Source of the DNA: a virus
Lineage: Duplodnaviria > Caudoviricetes
IMG/VR virus record: IMGVR_UViG_3300005512_000118
Location: 1-36,859 of that record
DNA length: 36,859 nt
Strand: one strand, 5' to 3'
Under the pieces are notes generated by a model that saw only the letters and a list, made by a program, of their open reading frames with translations, did no database searches and was not told the DNA's origin. Below, piece by piece: positions 1 to 7,955 of the stretch (the first letter of the stretch is position 1; each line of letters opens with the position of its first letter). Both the position numbers and the translations under genes were made by a program.

Positions 1-406
1 AAATCGTTTGTTTGATTCTGCTAAGCAGAAACTTGCTTCTGACATCAACATGGCGATTACAAATGTGGCGTCTAACCAAGGTACTTTGGTCGTAGCTCAA
101 TCCACTGCTGCTACTGGTTATGATGACGTTGCCCTAGCCGAAGCTCTTATGAATGAGCAAGGTGTTGATCCTGATTCTCGCTACATGGGTGTTTCAACTC
201 GTGATTATAACGGAATGGCAAGCAACTTAGGTAACCGTAACACTGTACAAGGTGTTGTTCAAACTGCGTATGAGCGAAGCTTCATTGCCCGTATAGCCAG
301 CTTTGACATGTTCAAAATGGATTACGCTAACCGTTTAGCTGCCTCTACTGCAACAGGTGTTACTATCAACGGTGCTGGACAATACTACACCCCACAAGCT
401 ACTTCA
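1..406. repeat. Terminal direct repeat, left copy (circular overlap with 36454-36859)
   Basis: Base-by-base comparison with 36454-36859 gives 393/406 identical; implies a unit genome of about 36,453 bp. Confidence 0.97.
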
Positions 407-970
407 ACAGCCTCATCAGGCGAGCGAGCTAACGTTGATAACAGATACCAAAACCTTGCAGTTACCGTTACTAGCGGCACAATCGCTGTTGGCGACTGTA
501 TCACAATCACTGGTGTTAACGCAGTTCATCACATCACTAAAGAAGACACAGGTCAACTTAAAACTTTCCGTGTTACTGGTATCATCTCTGGCGGCGGCGG
601 CACTGGCGTCATCCAAATCAGCGCCCCTATTATCTCCGGTGGCGGTGGTACTGACGCAGAACTGCAATACCAGAACGTGTCTGCTACACCTGCGGATGGG
701 GCGGCTATCTCGTTCTTAAACACTACTGCTGCTTATGTTAACCCATTCTGGCACAGAGACGCGCTTGAGATATTGCCTGGCCGTTACGCTGTTCCTACTG
801 ACGCTGGCGCTGATGTTATGCGTGCCACGACTGACCAAGGTATCGAGCTTGTCATGTCGAAGCAATTCGATATCGCAACATACAAAACTAAATACCGTGT
901 TGATACTCTGTTTGGTGTTGTAAATAAGCAACCAGAGATGACTGGGATTATGTTGTTCGGTCAGGTTTAA
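1..970 (+). CDS. Major capsid protein, P22 gp5-like, 3' part (full gene 36155..36453 joined to 1..970, 422 aa)
   Basis: In frame with the ORF starting at 36155. Motifs SAKQKLASDIN, STATGVT, NVDNRY, GDCITITGV and the C-terminal GVVNKQPEMTGIMLFGQ parallel P22 coat (SAARKLANNV, STATGITV, NVDNRF, GDKISFAGV, GVNATRPEAIGVGLPGQ). Follows the scaffold gene. Confidence 0.95.
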   Translation, partial: NRLFDSAKQKLASDINMAITNVASNQGTLVVAQSTAATGYDDVALAEALMNEQGVDPDSRYMGVSTRDYNGMASNLGNRNTVQGVVQTAYERSFIARIASFDMFKMDYANRLAASTATGVTINGAGQYYTPQATSTASSGERANVDNRYQNLAVTVTSGTIAVGDCITITGVNAVHHITKEDTGQLKTFRVTGIISGGGGTGVIQISAPIISGGGGTDAELQYQNVSATPADGAAISFLNTTAAYVNPFWHRDALEILPGRYAVPTDAGADVMRATTDQGIELVMSKQFDIATYKTKYRVDTLFGVVNKQPEMTGIMLFGQV

Positions 971-985
971 CCTTCCTTTAAATTT

Positions 986-1009
986 TGGCGGTGCAATGCC
1001 GCCATTTTT
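986..1009 (+). terminator. Rho-independent terminator after the capsid gene
   Basis: TGGCGGT-GCAAT-GCCGCCA stem-loop followed by TTTTT, 15 nt after the coat stop codon. Confidence 0.8.
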
Positions 1010-1061
1010 CAACTGCTTACAGAACATTGTTTATATTTTTAAAGCTTAGAGGGTGATTATT

Positions 1062-1130
1062 ATGAAAGGACATGGTACGAGCAGACCGCTCCCACAAAAC
1101 AAAAAACCGAACAAAACGAGCAAAAAATGA
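1062..1130 (+). CDS. Small basic peptide, 22 aa (MKGHGTSRPLPQNKKPNKTSKK), not in the ORF track
   Basis: GAGGGTG RBS-like sequence upstream; its TGA overlaps the next ATG (ATGA coupling). Confidence 0.55.
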   Translation: MKGHGTSRPLPQNKKPNKTSKK

Positions 1131-1423
1131 CAGATACGACTATGCTTTACAAGTACGGTGGTTCGGAAAAGATTCACGGGGATTATTACAGTTATATTAT
1201 AGTGAACTCCGGTAAAATTGACGAGTACTTGGAACAGGGTTGGTCAAGAACTACAGCAGAGGCCAAAGACCTTAGTGCAGAGCCCAAAAAAGAAGAAAGT
1301 TCAGAGGGGATTCACGAAGACACCCCACTTTCAGAACTTAGGGCTATGGCCGAGGGGCTTGGGCTTAAATCTGCTAGTAAGAAAGGCCGTAAATATTTAA
1401 TAGACTACTTGAACAGGGCTTAG
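1127..1423 (+). CDS. Post-capsid hypothetical protein with a C-terminal HeH/Rho-N-like helical motif
   Basis: Position after coat as in P22-like phages; C-terminal LSELRAMAEGLGL...RKYLIDYL resembles HeH/LEM/Rho-N motifs. Confidence 0.7.
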   Translation: MTDTTMLYKYGGSEKIHGDYYSYIIVNSGKIDEYLEQGWSRTTAEAKDLSAEPKKEESSEGIHEDTPLSELRAMAEGLGLKSASKKGRKYLIDYLNRA

Positions 1424-1425
1424 TC

Positions 1426-1908
1426 ATGTCATACACGAAGCGGCAGTATATCATACAGGCATTCGAAGAAATAGGGTATGCGGATTACCAATATGATTTA
1501 CAGCCTGAACAATTACAATCTGCGCTTCGAAGACTAGACGCCATGATTGCCACTTGGAATGGTCGTAACATAAACATCGGTTACCCATTACCTACATCAC
1601 CACAGAATAGTGATTTAGACGAAGAATCGGATGTGCCAGATTGGGCATCAGAGGCTATCTATCTTAATTTAGCTATTCGTATAGCTCCCACAGTAGGTAA
1701 GACGGTTTCGCAAGAAACTAGGATGTCTGCAAGAAATGCTTATAATCAGATGGTTCAAAACGTAGTGCTAAAAGAAGAAATGAAATTTCCAAGGACTTTA
1801 GGTAGAGGTGCTGGCAATAAACCTTGGAGGTATGACGAGCCGTTTATAAACGATCAGTATGATGGCATCGTGACACCACCTAAAAACGAGGTGGACTTTA
1901 ATGGGTAA
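1426..1908 (+). CDS. Head-to-tail adaptor, P22 gp4-like
   Basis: 160 aa; TK..II.A...IG, LQSALRRLDAMIATW, NLAIRIAP and GAGN motifs; synteny. Confidence 0.85.
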   Translation: MSYTKRQYIIQAFEEIGYADYQYDLQPEQLQSALRRLDAMIATWNGRNINIGYPLPTSPQNSDLDEESDVPDWASEAIYLNLAIRIAPTVGKTVSQETRMSARNAYNQMVQNVVLKEEMKFPRTLGRGAGNKPWRYDEPFINDQYDGIVTPPKNEVDFNG

Positions 1909-1939
1909 CTACACTTACAAAAGAGGTGGACTTTAATGG
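1888..1939 (+). repeat. 17-bp direct repeat GAGGTGGACTTTAATGG (RBS + ATG) at 1888 and 1923
   Basis: Exact repeat seen in the sequence; encloses an 11-aa mini-ORF at 1901..1936. Confidence 0.9.
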
Positions 1940-2394
1940 CTAGGCGATTAACAAGAACAGACTCCATTGATAATGGTGACCTGTTCGTAATTTACAAAAC
2001 TACGTCCGGTGACTACAGGGGTGCATCTACAGCCGATACGTTAGAGTTCATTCAAAATGGATTGACTTTCCCAAACTCCGATGCGTTCATTACCCAATAT
2101 TCCGCGCCTAGTTCTACTGGGTTTGATATCTCTATAACTGCGGGGTCTTCTAATGTCCATCTTATACTTACCCCAACGGCGGGGTTTGCTACTGGGGCTA
2201 TTACACTACCTCCTGCTACAAGTGCCATTGACAAGCAAGAGGTATTAGTAAACTGCACTCAACAGGTGTCTTCACTCACTGTTAATGCTAATGGTGCTAC
2301 CTCTGTAACAGGTGAACCGTCCTCGTTAGCGGCGGATGATTTTTTTAGGTTGAAATACGACTTACCAACTTCTACATGGTATAGAGTAGGCTAA
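1936..2394 (+). CDS. Putative virion/tail-associated protein
   Basis: 152 aa, Thr/Ser/Gly-rich and beta-like, strong RBS, lies between the gp4- and gp10-like genes. Confidence 0.65.
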   Translation: MARRLTRTDSIDNGDLFVIYKTTSGDYRGASTADTLEFIQNGLTFPNSDAFITQYSAPSSTGFDISITAGSSNVHLILTPTAGFATGAITLPPATSAIDKQEVLVNCTQQVSSLTVNANGATSVTGEPSSLAADDFFRLKYDLPTSTWYRVG

Positions 2395-3795
2395 ATGCAA
2401 ATACCCATTATAAACGGAATCTACACGGATTCTGACAGTGATTTTAGGACTTCTTACCCCATTAATATGGTTCCGGTTCCTAAAAATCAAGGGATAAGTC
2501 AAGGTTATTTACGCCCGGCTGAGGGCATTGTTGAGTTGGCGCAAGGAACAGGTGTTGATAGAGGCGCGGTACTTTGGGATGATGTTTGCTATAGAGTTTC
2601 GGGGGATAGGTTAATATCGGTATCGGATAATGGTGTCGTAACTGATTACGGGAGCATATCAAATAATCACAAGCAGGTTACTCTAGATTACTCATTCGAC
2701 AATTTGGGTATAACATCGGATGGTAGATTTTATCTTTTTGATAAAACAAATATACAGGAAGTCACAGACCCAGACTTAGGTGTTGTACTCGATCATATTT
2801 GGGTTGATGGTTATTTTCTATTAACCGATGGTGAATTTTTAATTGTAACCGAATTAAATGACCCCACTCAGATAAACCCATTAAAGTATGGTAGTTCAGA
2901 AGCAGACCCCGACCCAGTTAAGGCGATATTAAAATTAAGAAACGAACCTTACGTGCTTAACAGATACACTATAGAAGTATTTAGCAATGTTGGTGGTACA
3001 GGTTTCCCATTTCAGCGGATAGATGGTGCTCAAGTCCAGAAAGGTGTTGTAGGAACCCATGCCTGTGCAATTCTAGGTGAGCAGGTAGCCTTTGTCGGGG
3101 GAGGTCGAGAAGAATCACTTGCTGTTTGGGCGGCATTCTCGGGATCCAGTACCAAAATAAGCTCGCGTGAAGTAGATCAATTGCTCCAAAATTATACAGA
3201 AAATGAATTAAGCTCTATCTTATTAGAGAGTAGAATGGACGCGGGGCATGAGTTTTTATACTTGCATTTACCAGACCAAACTTTGGTTTATGACTTAGCA
3301 GCTAGCAGAGAATTACAAACCCCAGTATGGTTTATACTATCATCTGGTATAACGAAAAGCAAGTATTTAGCAAGGAATTTTATTTGGAAAAGCAAAAGAT
3401 GGATTGTAGGTAATCCTGATTCAAACCAAATAGGTTATTTAACAGATAGTTTAGGTGAGCATTGGGGCAACGAAATCGGTTGGGAGTTCGGGACAACCTT
3501 ACTCTACAATGAGGGCAGTGGTGCAATATTCCACGAACTGGAATTGGTTGGTCTGACTGGAAGGACTGGATTCGGTGAGAACGCAACGATTTACACCCAG
3601 TACACGTTGGATGGTGTTTATTACAGCCAGAAAAAATATATAAACGCTGGTAAATTTGGTGAGAGAGGTAAACGGTTAGTGTGGTTAAGTCAAGGTGATA
3701 TGCGCAGCTGGCGAAGTCAAAAGTTCGGGGGTACGAGCCGAGCTAGAATTTCATTTGCTAGATTACAAGCTAGAATAGAACCCTTGGCGGTTTAA
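2395..3795 (+). CDS. Tail hub / packaged-DNA stabilisation protein, P22 gp10-like
   Basis: 466 aa; YPINMVPVPK...GYLR, CYRVSG, DGYF, YGSSEADPD and GHEFLYLHLP motifs. Confidence 0.9.
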   Translation: MQIPIINGIYTDSDSDFRTSYPINMVPVPKNQGISQGYLRPAEGIVELAQGTGVDRGAVLWDDVCYRVSGDRLISVSDNGVVTDYGSISNNHKQVTLDYSFDNLGITSDGRFYLFDKTNIQEVTDPDLGVVLDHIWVDGYFLLTDGEFLIVTELNDPTQINPLKYGSSEADPDPVKAILKLRNEPYVLNRYTIEVFSNVGGTGFPFQRIDGAQVQKGVVGTHACAILGEQVAFVGGGREESLAVWAAFSGSSTKISSREVDQLLQNYTENELSSILLESRMDAGHEFLYLHLPDQTLVYDLAASRELQTPVWFILSSGITKSKYLARNFIWKSKRWIVGNPDSNQIGYLTDSLGEHWGNEIGWEFGTTLLYNEGSGAIFHELELVGLTGRTGFGENATIYTQYTLDGVYYSQKKYINAGKFGERGKRLVWLSQGDMRSWRSQKFGGTSRARISFARLQARIEPLAV

Positions 3796-5150
3796 TGACT
3801 GACCCAAAACCACTTACACGAAAAGAGCTAGCGGAGTTCCTACCTAATCAGAGGGCGATAAGGGCTTTTGAAGAATTATTCGAAGTTGTACCATCTGATT
3901 TAGAGACTCTACTAGCACAGATTGATGACGTAGACAATACTTCTGAAAGTGCTTTAAGCTCAGCTGCATCAGCTTTTTCTTTCGCCAAGTCCCTAGACCT
4001 AAGACCTAAGGGGCTGGTATTTGTAAGTAAGCTTGCGGATTTACCAAAACCTCAGGCCGGAGTTATTAATTTACTCGCCCGCTATACTTACTACTTTACA
4101 GGTACGGTTGACTTAGAAGGCAATAGATTAGTCTGCGGACAAGATACAACGATTTTAGGTTCAAGCTCGGAGAACTGTAGGATATTATCTACGGGCTTAG
4201 GTCTGGGGACTGCGCTAATAACGAGCGAATATACTCTCCCAATGAGGCATATTACCTTAGAGGCAGAGACTATTCTAGATTTAGACGCTACGGGCAACCC
4301 ATCCCAAGCATTAGATTGGTATGGCGTCAACTTTGCCAACTCCTCTGACATAGGTAAGGTGGAGAATTACAGTAACTTCGTCGTGGCGTCAATGGCATTT
4401 TTAGGTGCTTCGGGGTTGGTTTTCGATGGTACGATTGGCACAATAGCTTTTTCAAATTGTCTTTTTGTTGCTGATGGAGTTGGAACCGTAATAGAAATAC
4501 CAAGCACTTTAACAATAGAGCGCAGATTTAGAATAATATACAGTTCATTTGTTGTTAATGGAACGTCTACTGGGATAGATTTTAACGCTTCTGCTACAGT
4601 TCCGGTTGAAGGGTACATATTAGACACGTGTAACTTTTCGGGAGTTTCAACTTATACCACAGGGGTTACTTTTTCAGATAATAAAGCCCGTTGGATTGAA
4701 AACCGAGGTGTAAGTAATAGCGCTGCGCTTACAAGTTATTATATGCAGGGCAACGCCACTACAACCGTTATAACTATGGCTGGTGTTCCCATCAAGGTGG
4801 CAGGCACTACTACAGAGGGTAGTATATCACAAAGATTTATAGTGACAACAACCAACAGGGCGACTTACGATGGTGAGATTGATAGGAACTTTAAAGTAGC
4901 TGCCACTTTAAGCCTGAGCAGTGGTAATAATAATAAAATAGGTATTTACATCGCTAAAAATGGTACTGTCATCAACGAGTCTGAAACATACGTAACAACT
5001 AACTCTGCTGGTAGGCTTGAAAACGGGGTTGTACAAGTTCTTACCAATCTGGAAGATAGTGACTACATAGAAATTTTTGTCGAGAATGATACATCAGCAA
5101 CTAATATTTTAGTTGAAGACTTGAATGTTATTATAGAGGCTATTAGCTAG
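3795..5150 (+). CDS. Tail needle-position protein (gp26-like N-terminus) with a large beta-rich C-terminal extension
   Basis: TAATG-coupled to the gp10-like gene; helical/coiled-coil N-terminus followed by about 380 aa of beta-rich sequence. Confidence 0.6.
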   Translation: MTDPKPLTRKELAEFLPNQRAIRAFEELFEVVPSDLETLLAQIDDVDNTSESALSSAASAFSFAKSLDLRPKGLVFVSKLADLPKPQAGVINLLARYTYYFTGTVDLEGNRLVCGQDTTILGSSSENCRILSTGLGLGTALITSEYTLPMRHITLEAETILDLDATGNPSQALDWYGVNFANSSDIGKVENYSNFVVASMAFLGASGLVFDGTIGTIAFSNCLFVADGVGTVIEIPSTLTIERRFRIIYSSFVVNGTSTGIDFNASATVPVEGYILDTCNFSGVSTYTTGVTFSDNKARWIENRGVSNSAALTSYYMQGNATTTVITMAGVPIKVAGTTTEGSISQRFIVTTTNRATYDGEIDRNFKVAATLSLSSGNNNKIGIYIAKNGTVINESETYVTTNSAGRLENGVVQVLTNLEDSDYIEIFVENDTSATNILVEDLNVIIEAIS

Positions 5151-5151
5151 T

Positions 5152-5505
5152 ATGTCAACTTCAAGAATAACTTTATTTAACAGTAGATACTTGTCGACGG
5201 TAGACACGATTCAATATACCAGCCCAACAGTGTCCGGTAGTTCTGCTAGAACTGTTATTGATGCGTGTGTTGTAACCAATGTAGATACAACTGCTGCGGA
5301 TTTTACAATTAGACTGGTTAATAATGGCGATACAGAGTCCCCTTCAAATACACTTATTTTAGAGAGAAGATTAGAGGCGGGGGAGTCAGATAATTGTTTG
5401 GAGTTAGTCGGCCAAGTTTTATTGGAGGGTCAATACTTATCAACTATAGCTTCGTCCTCCGCATCTTTAACTGCCCGTTGTAGTGGTAGGTATATTGAAA
5501 TATGA
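5152..5505 (+). CDS. Hypothetical virion protein
   Basis: 117-aa ORF tightly packed in the tail operon. Confidence 0.65.
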   Translation: MSTSRITLFNSRYLSTVDTIQYTSPTVSGSSARTVIDACVVTNVDTTAADFTIRLVNNGDTESPSNTLILERRLEAGESDNCLELVGQVLLEGQYLSTIASSSASLTARCSGRYIEI

Positions 5506-6032
5506 GCGATTTATCTATTAGAGAAAAGATTGATTTTTTAGAAAGTGATTTACTACTTATGGAGCAGGAGGAGTGTCCAGTTATGCACTACTTTGCCCCT
5601 AATTTATATATTAGAGAAGTGCATTTAAAGAAGGGTACTTTTGCGGTGGGGCATTACCAGAAGTTCCCTCAATTAAATATAATGCTTAAAGGCAAGGTGG
5701 CTGTTACAGATAGTGAAGGCAAATTAGTAATGCTTGAGGCACCTCTAATGTACGTAGGGGAAGCGGGGCGTAAATTCGGCTACGTAGTAGAAGATACTGT
5801 CTGGCAAAACATTTATGTAACTAATGAAACTGATATAGAGACATTGGAAAACACCTACATAGAAAAAAGTGAAGCATTTAAAAAGTCTGAAGATCTCATT
5901 GGTTCTGGTGGGGATGCTAAATCGACGGAATGCCATAAGTTTTTATTAGGTGGGGAGAATATCACACCAAAAAATGACCAATGTCAGTCAATTATTAAAC
6001 AAGAATCAGGAGGTGGCTCGTGGCATTCGTAG
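5502..6032 (+). CDS. Cupin-like protein in the tail operon
   Basis: CPVMHYFAPNLYIREVHLKKG...LNIMLKGKVAV pattern typical of cupin beta-barrels; occupies the P22 gp14 position. Confidence 0.55.
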   Translation: MSDLSIREKIDFLESDLLLMEQEECPVMHYFAPNLYIREVHLKKGTFAVGHYQKFPQLNIMLKGKVAVTDSEGKLVMLEAPLMYVGEAGRKFGYVVEDTVWQNIYVTNETDIETLENTYIEKSEAFKKSEDLIGSGGDAKSTECHKFLLGGENITPKNDQCQSIIKQESGGGSWHS

Positions 6033-6631
6033 CAGCAGCAGTAGTGGGCTCTCAAGTAGTAGGTGGTTACTTGAATCGTAAATCCGCGGGTAAGGCTTCC
6101 GATGCTCAGGCACAAGCAGCCGATGCGGGTATTGAAGAACAAAGACGTCAATTTGATGCTATCCAAGAATTATTAGCCCCATACGTTGAAAGTGGAGTTA
6201 GTAGTCTAGGAGCGCAACAAGATTTGATAGGGCTTGGTGGTTCAGTTGCACAACAAGATGCTATTAACCAATTACAAGAATCCCCCCAGTATCAAGCATT
6301 ACTAAGGTCTGGGGAAGAAGCAATATTACAAAATGCTTCCGCAACAGGTGGTTTAAGAGGTGGAAATGTACAAAGTGCTTTAGCTCAGTACCGACCTGAA
6401 TTACTTGGTCAGTTGATAGAATCTCAGTTTAGTAAACTTGGGCAATTAACTAACATAGGTCAAGCTTCGGCTACTGGTCAAGCTTCTGCTGGTCAAGCTT
6501 CTGCCAATAATATATCAAATTTACTTGCAGAGAGGGGTAAAGCTGTAGCGGGGGGTGAGATAGCTCAAGCTGAGATACTCTCAGACACCATAGGTTCGAT
6601 TGGTGGCGGTCTACTAGGGAGGAGATTTTAA
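6020..6631 (+). CDS. DNA ejection (pilot) protein, P22 gp7-like
   Basis: GTG start with AGGAGG; Ala/Gly/Gln-rich; ASATGGLRGGN motif; first of three ejection genes. Confidence 0.85.
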   Translation: MAFVAAAVVGSQVVGGYLNRKSAGKASDAQAQAADAGIEEQRRQFDAIQELLAPYVESGVSSLGAQQDLIGLGGSVAQQDAINQLQESPQYQALLRSGEEAILQNASATGGLRGGNVQSALAQYRPELLGQLIESQFSKLGQLTNIGQASATGQASAGQASANNISNLLAERGKAVAGGEIAQAEILSDTIGSIGGGLLGRRF

Positions 6632-6632
6632 A

Positions 6633-7955
6633 ATGGGTCAACCCTACGATTACAGCATTCGCAGTCCTATGCAGGCTTTCAAAGATAGTTTTAATACTGT
6701 TAGTTCTATTATGGAAAGTCGGGAAAAGAAGGATGCAGCTGAGCAGGCAGCGTTACAGCAACAGCAAATGCAGGATGATTTTTACGCTGTCTCACAAAAT
6801 CCTACTACAGATTCATTGGGCAAGCTGGTACTTAAGTACCCGCAGCTAGCAGATCCTATTACTAAAGCGCATGGCTTACTGGGGGAAAGTGAGAAGCAAG
6901 CAAAAATAAATCAAGCCTCTCAATTTTACGCTGCCATAGAATCCGGTAATCCTGAGTTGGGAATTAGTCTACTGGAAGAACAAGCGGCAGCTTACGAAAA
7001 CTCGGGTAGAGAAAAAGAAGCGAAAGCTTTAAAAGATTTAATTAAGCTTACTGAACTTTCTCCCGAAACGGCTAAAACATCGGCTGGTCTTTTCCTATCG
7101 TCCTCTATGGGGTCAGATAAATTTATAGATACTTTCTCGAAGTTAAGTAAAGAAAGGATCGAAAGACAATCCGCTGGAGCGGAATTAACGGAAAAGTCTT
7201 CCAAGGCTCGTACAGCAGCTATAAAAGCCGATTATGCAGAAGCTAGAGAGATTGCAGATTTAGAAAGTCAAGGTTGGAATATATTAAAAATTCAAGAAGA
7301 CATAGATATAGCACGTGAGAATAATAAAATCGCGGCTATGAAAATTCGCCAAGGTAAAGTAAACGACCCTCTGAAAAGAGAAGAATTAGAACTAAAGATA
7401 GATGCAGCCAAAAGAAAGCGAGACAAAGAGATTCAGGAGAAGGTTGCTACAGCTAAGGATGCGTTCTCACAGACAGACAATATGTTGAGTACTATCAATA
7501 CTTTACGTCAGTTTGACGCCAGTACTAAAGAGGCTGCACTTGGTCCGAAAAGTCAATATTTACCTACTTTACGTGGTGACACTGCTGACTTTGAGACGCT
7601 TATTGAGACTTTAAAAGCACAGGCATTCACATTCCAGATACCCTTAATTGCAGGTAAAGGGTTGGGTGCGTTATCCGATGCGGAGGGTGCTAAATTAGAA
7701 AAAGCTTTTGCTTCTTTTAACCCAAAACAAACACCGGAAAGGTTCGAGGCTAATCTTAATGTTGCGGTTAAAATACTGGAAAAAGCTAGGAAAAATTTAG
7801 GTACTAAATTCGGTATCGATCAGCCCCCAGTTGATCTAAATGATTCGGAAACTAAGCCAGAAGAATTTGATAAATATAAAGAACTTTACCTAAAATCAAC
7901 GCCCGAGTCTTCGGATTACGATGAGATTTTACAAAAATATGGTGTTGCCCGATAA
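6633..7955 (+). CDS. DNA ejection protein, P22 gp20-like
   Basis: 440-aa helical protein with GLGALSDAEG motif; synteny. Confidence 0.75.
   Translation: MGQPYDYSIRSPMQAFKDSFNTVSSIMESREKKDAAEQAALQQQQMQDDFYAVSQNPTTDSLGKLVLKYPQLADPITKAHGLLGESEKQAKINQASQFYAAIESGNPELGISLLEEQAAAYENSGREKEAKALKDLIKLTELSPETAKTSAGLFLSSSMGSDKFIDTFSKLSKERIERQSAGAELTEKSSKARTAAIKADYAEAREIADLESQGWNILKIQEDIDIARENNKIAAMKIRQGKVNDPLKREELELKIDAAKRKRDKEIQEKVATAKDAFSQTDNMLSTINTLRQFDASTKEAALGPKSQYLPTLRGDTADFETLIETLKAQAFTFQIPLIAGKGLGALSDAEGAKLEKAFASFNPKQTPERFEANLNVAVKILEKARKNLGTKFGIDQPPVDLNDSETKPEEFDKYKELYLKSTPESSDYDEILQKYGVAR

Noticed and set aside
357-1027. Alternative-frame and antisense ORFs inside the capsid gene, and similar ones inside the ejection, tailspike, helicase, polymerase, primase, terminase, portal and scaffold genes
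   Set aside because: They overlap well-supported genes, have no recognisable motifs, and are explained by codon bias.
6458-6505. GGTCAAGCTTC repeated three times
   Set aside because: In-frame GQASA protein repeats typical of low-complexity ejection proteins.
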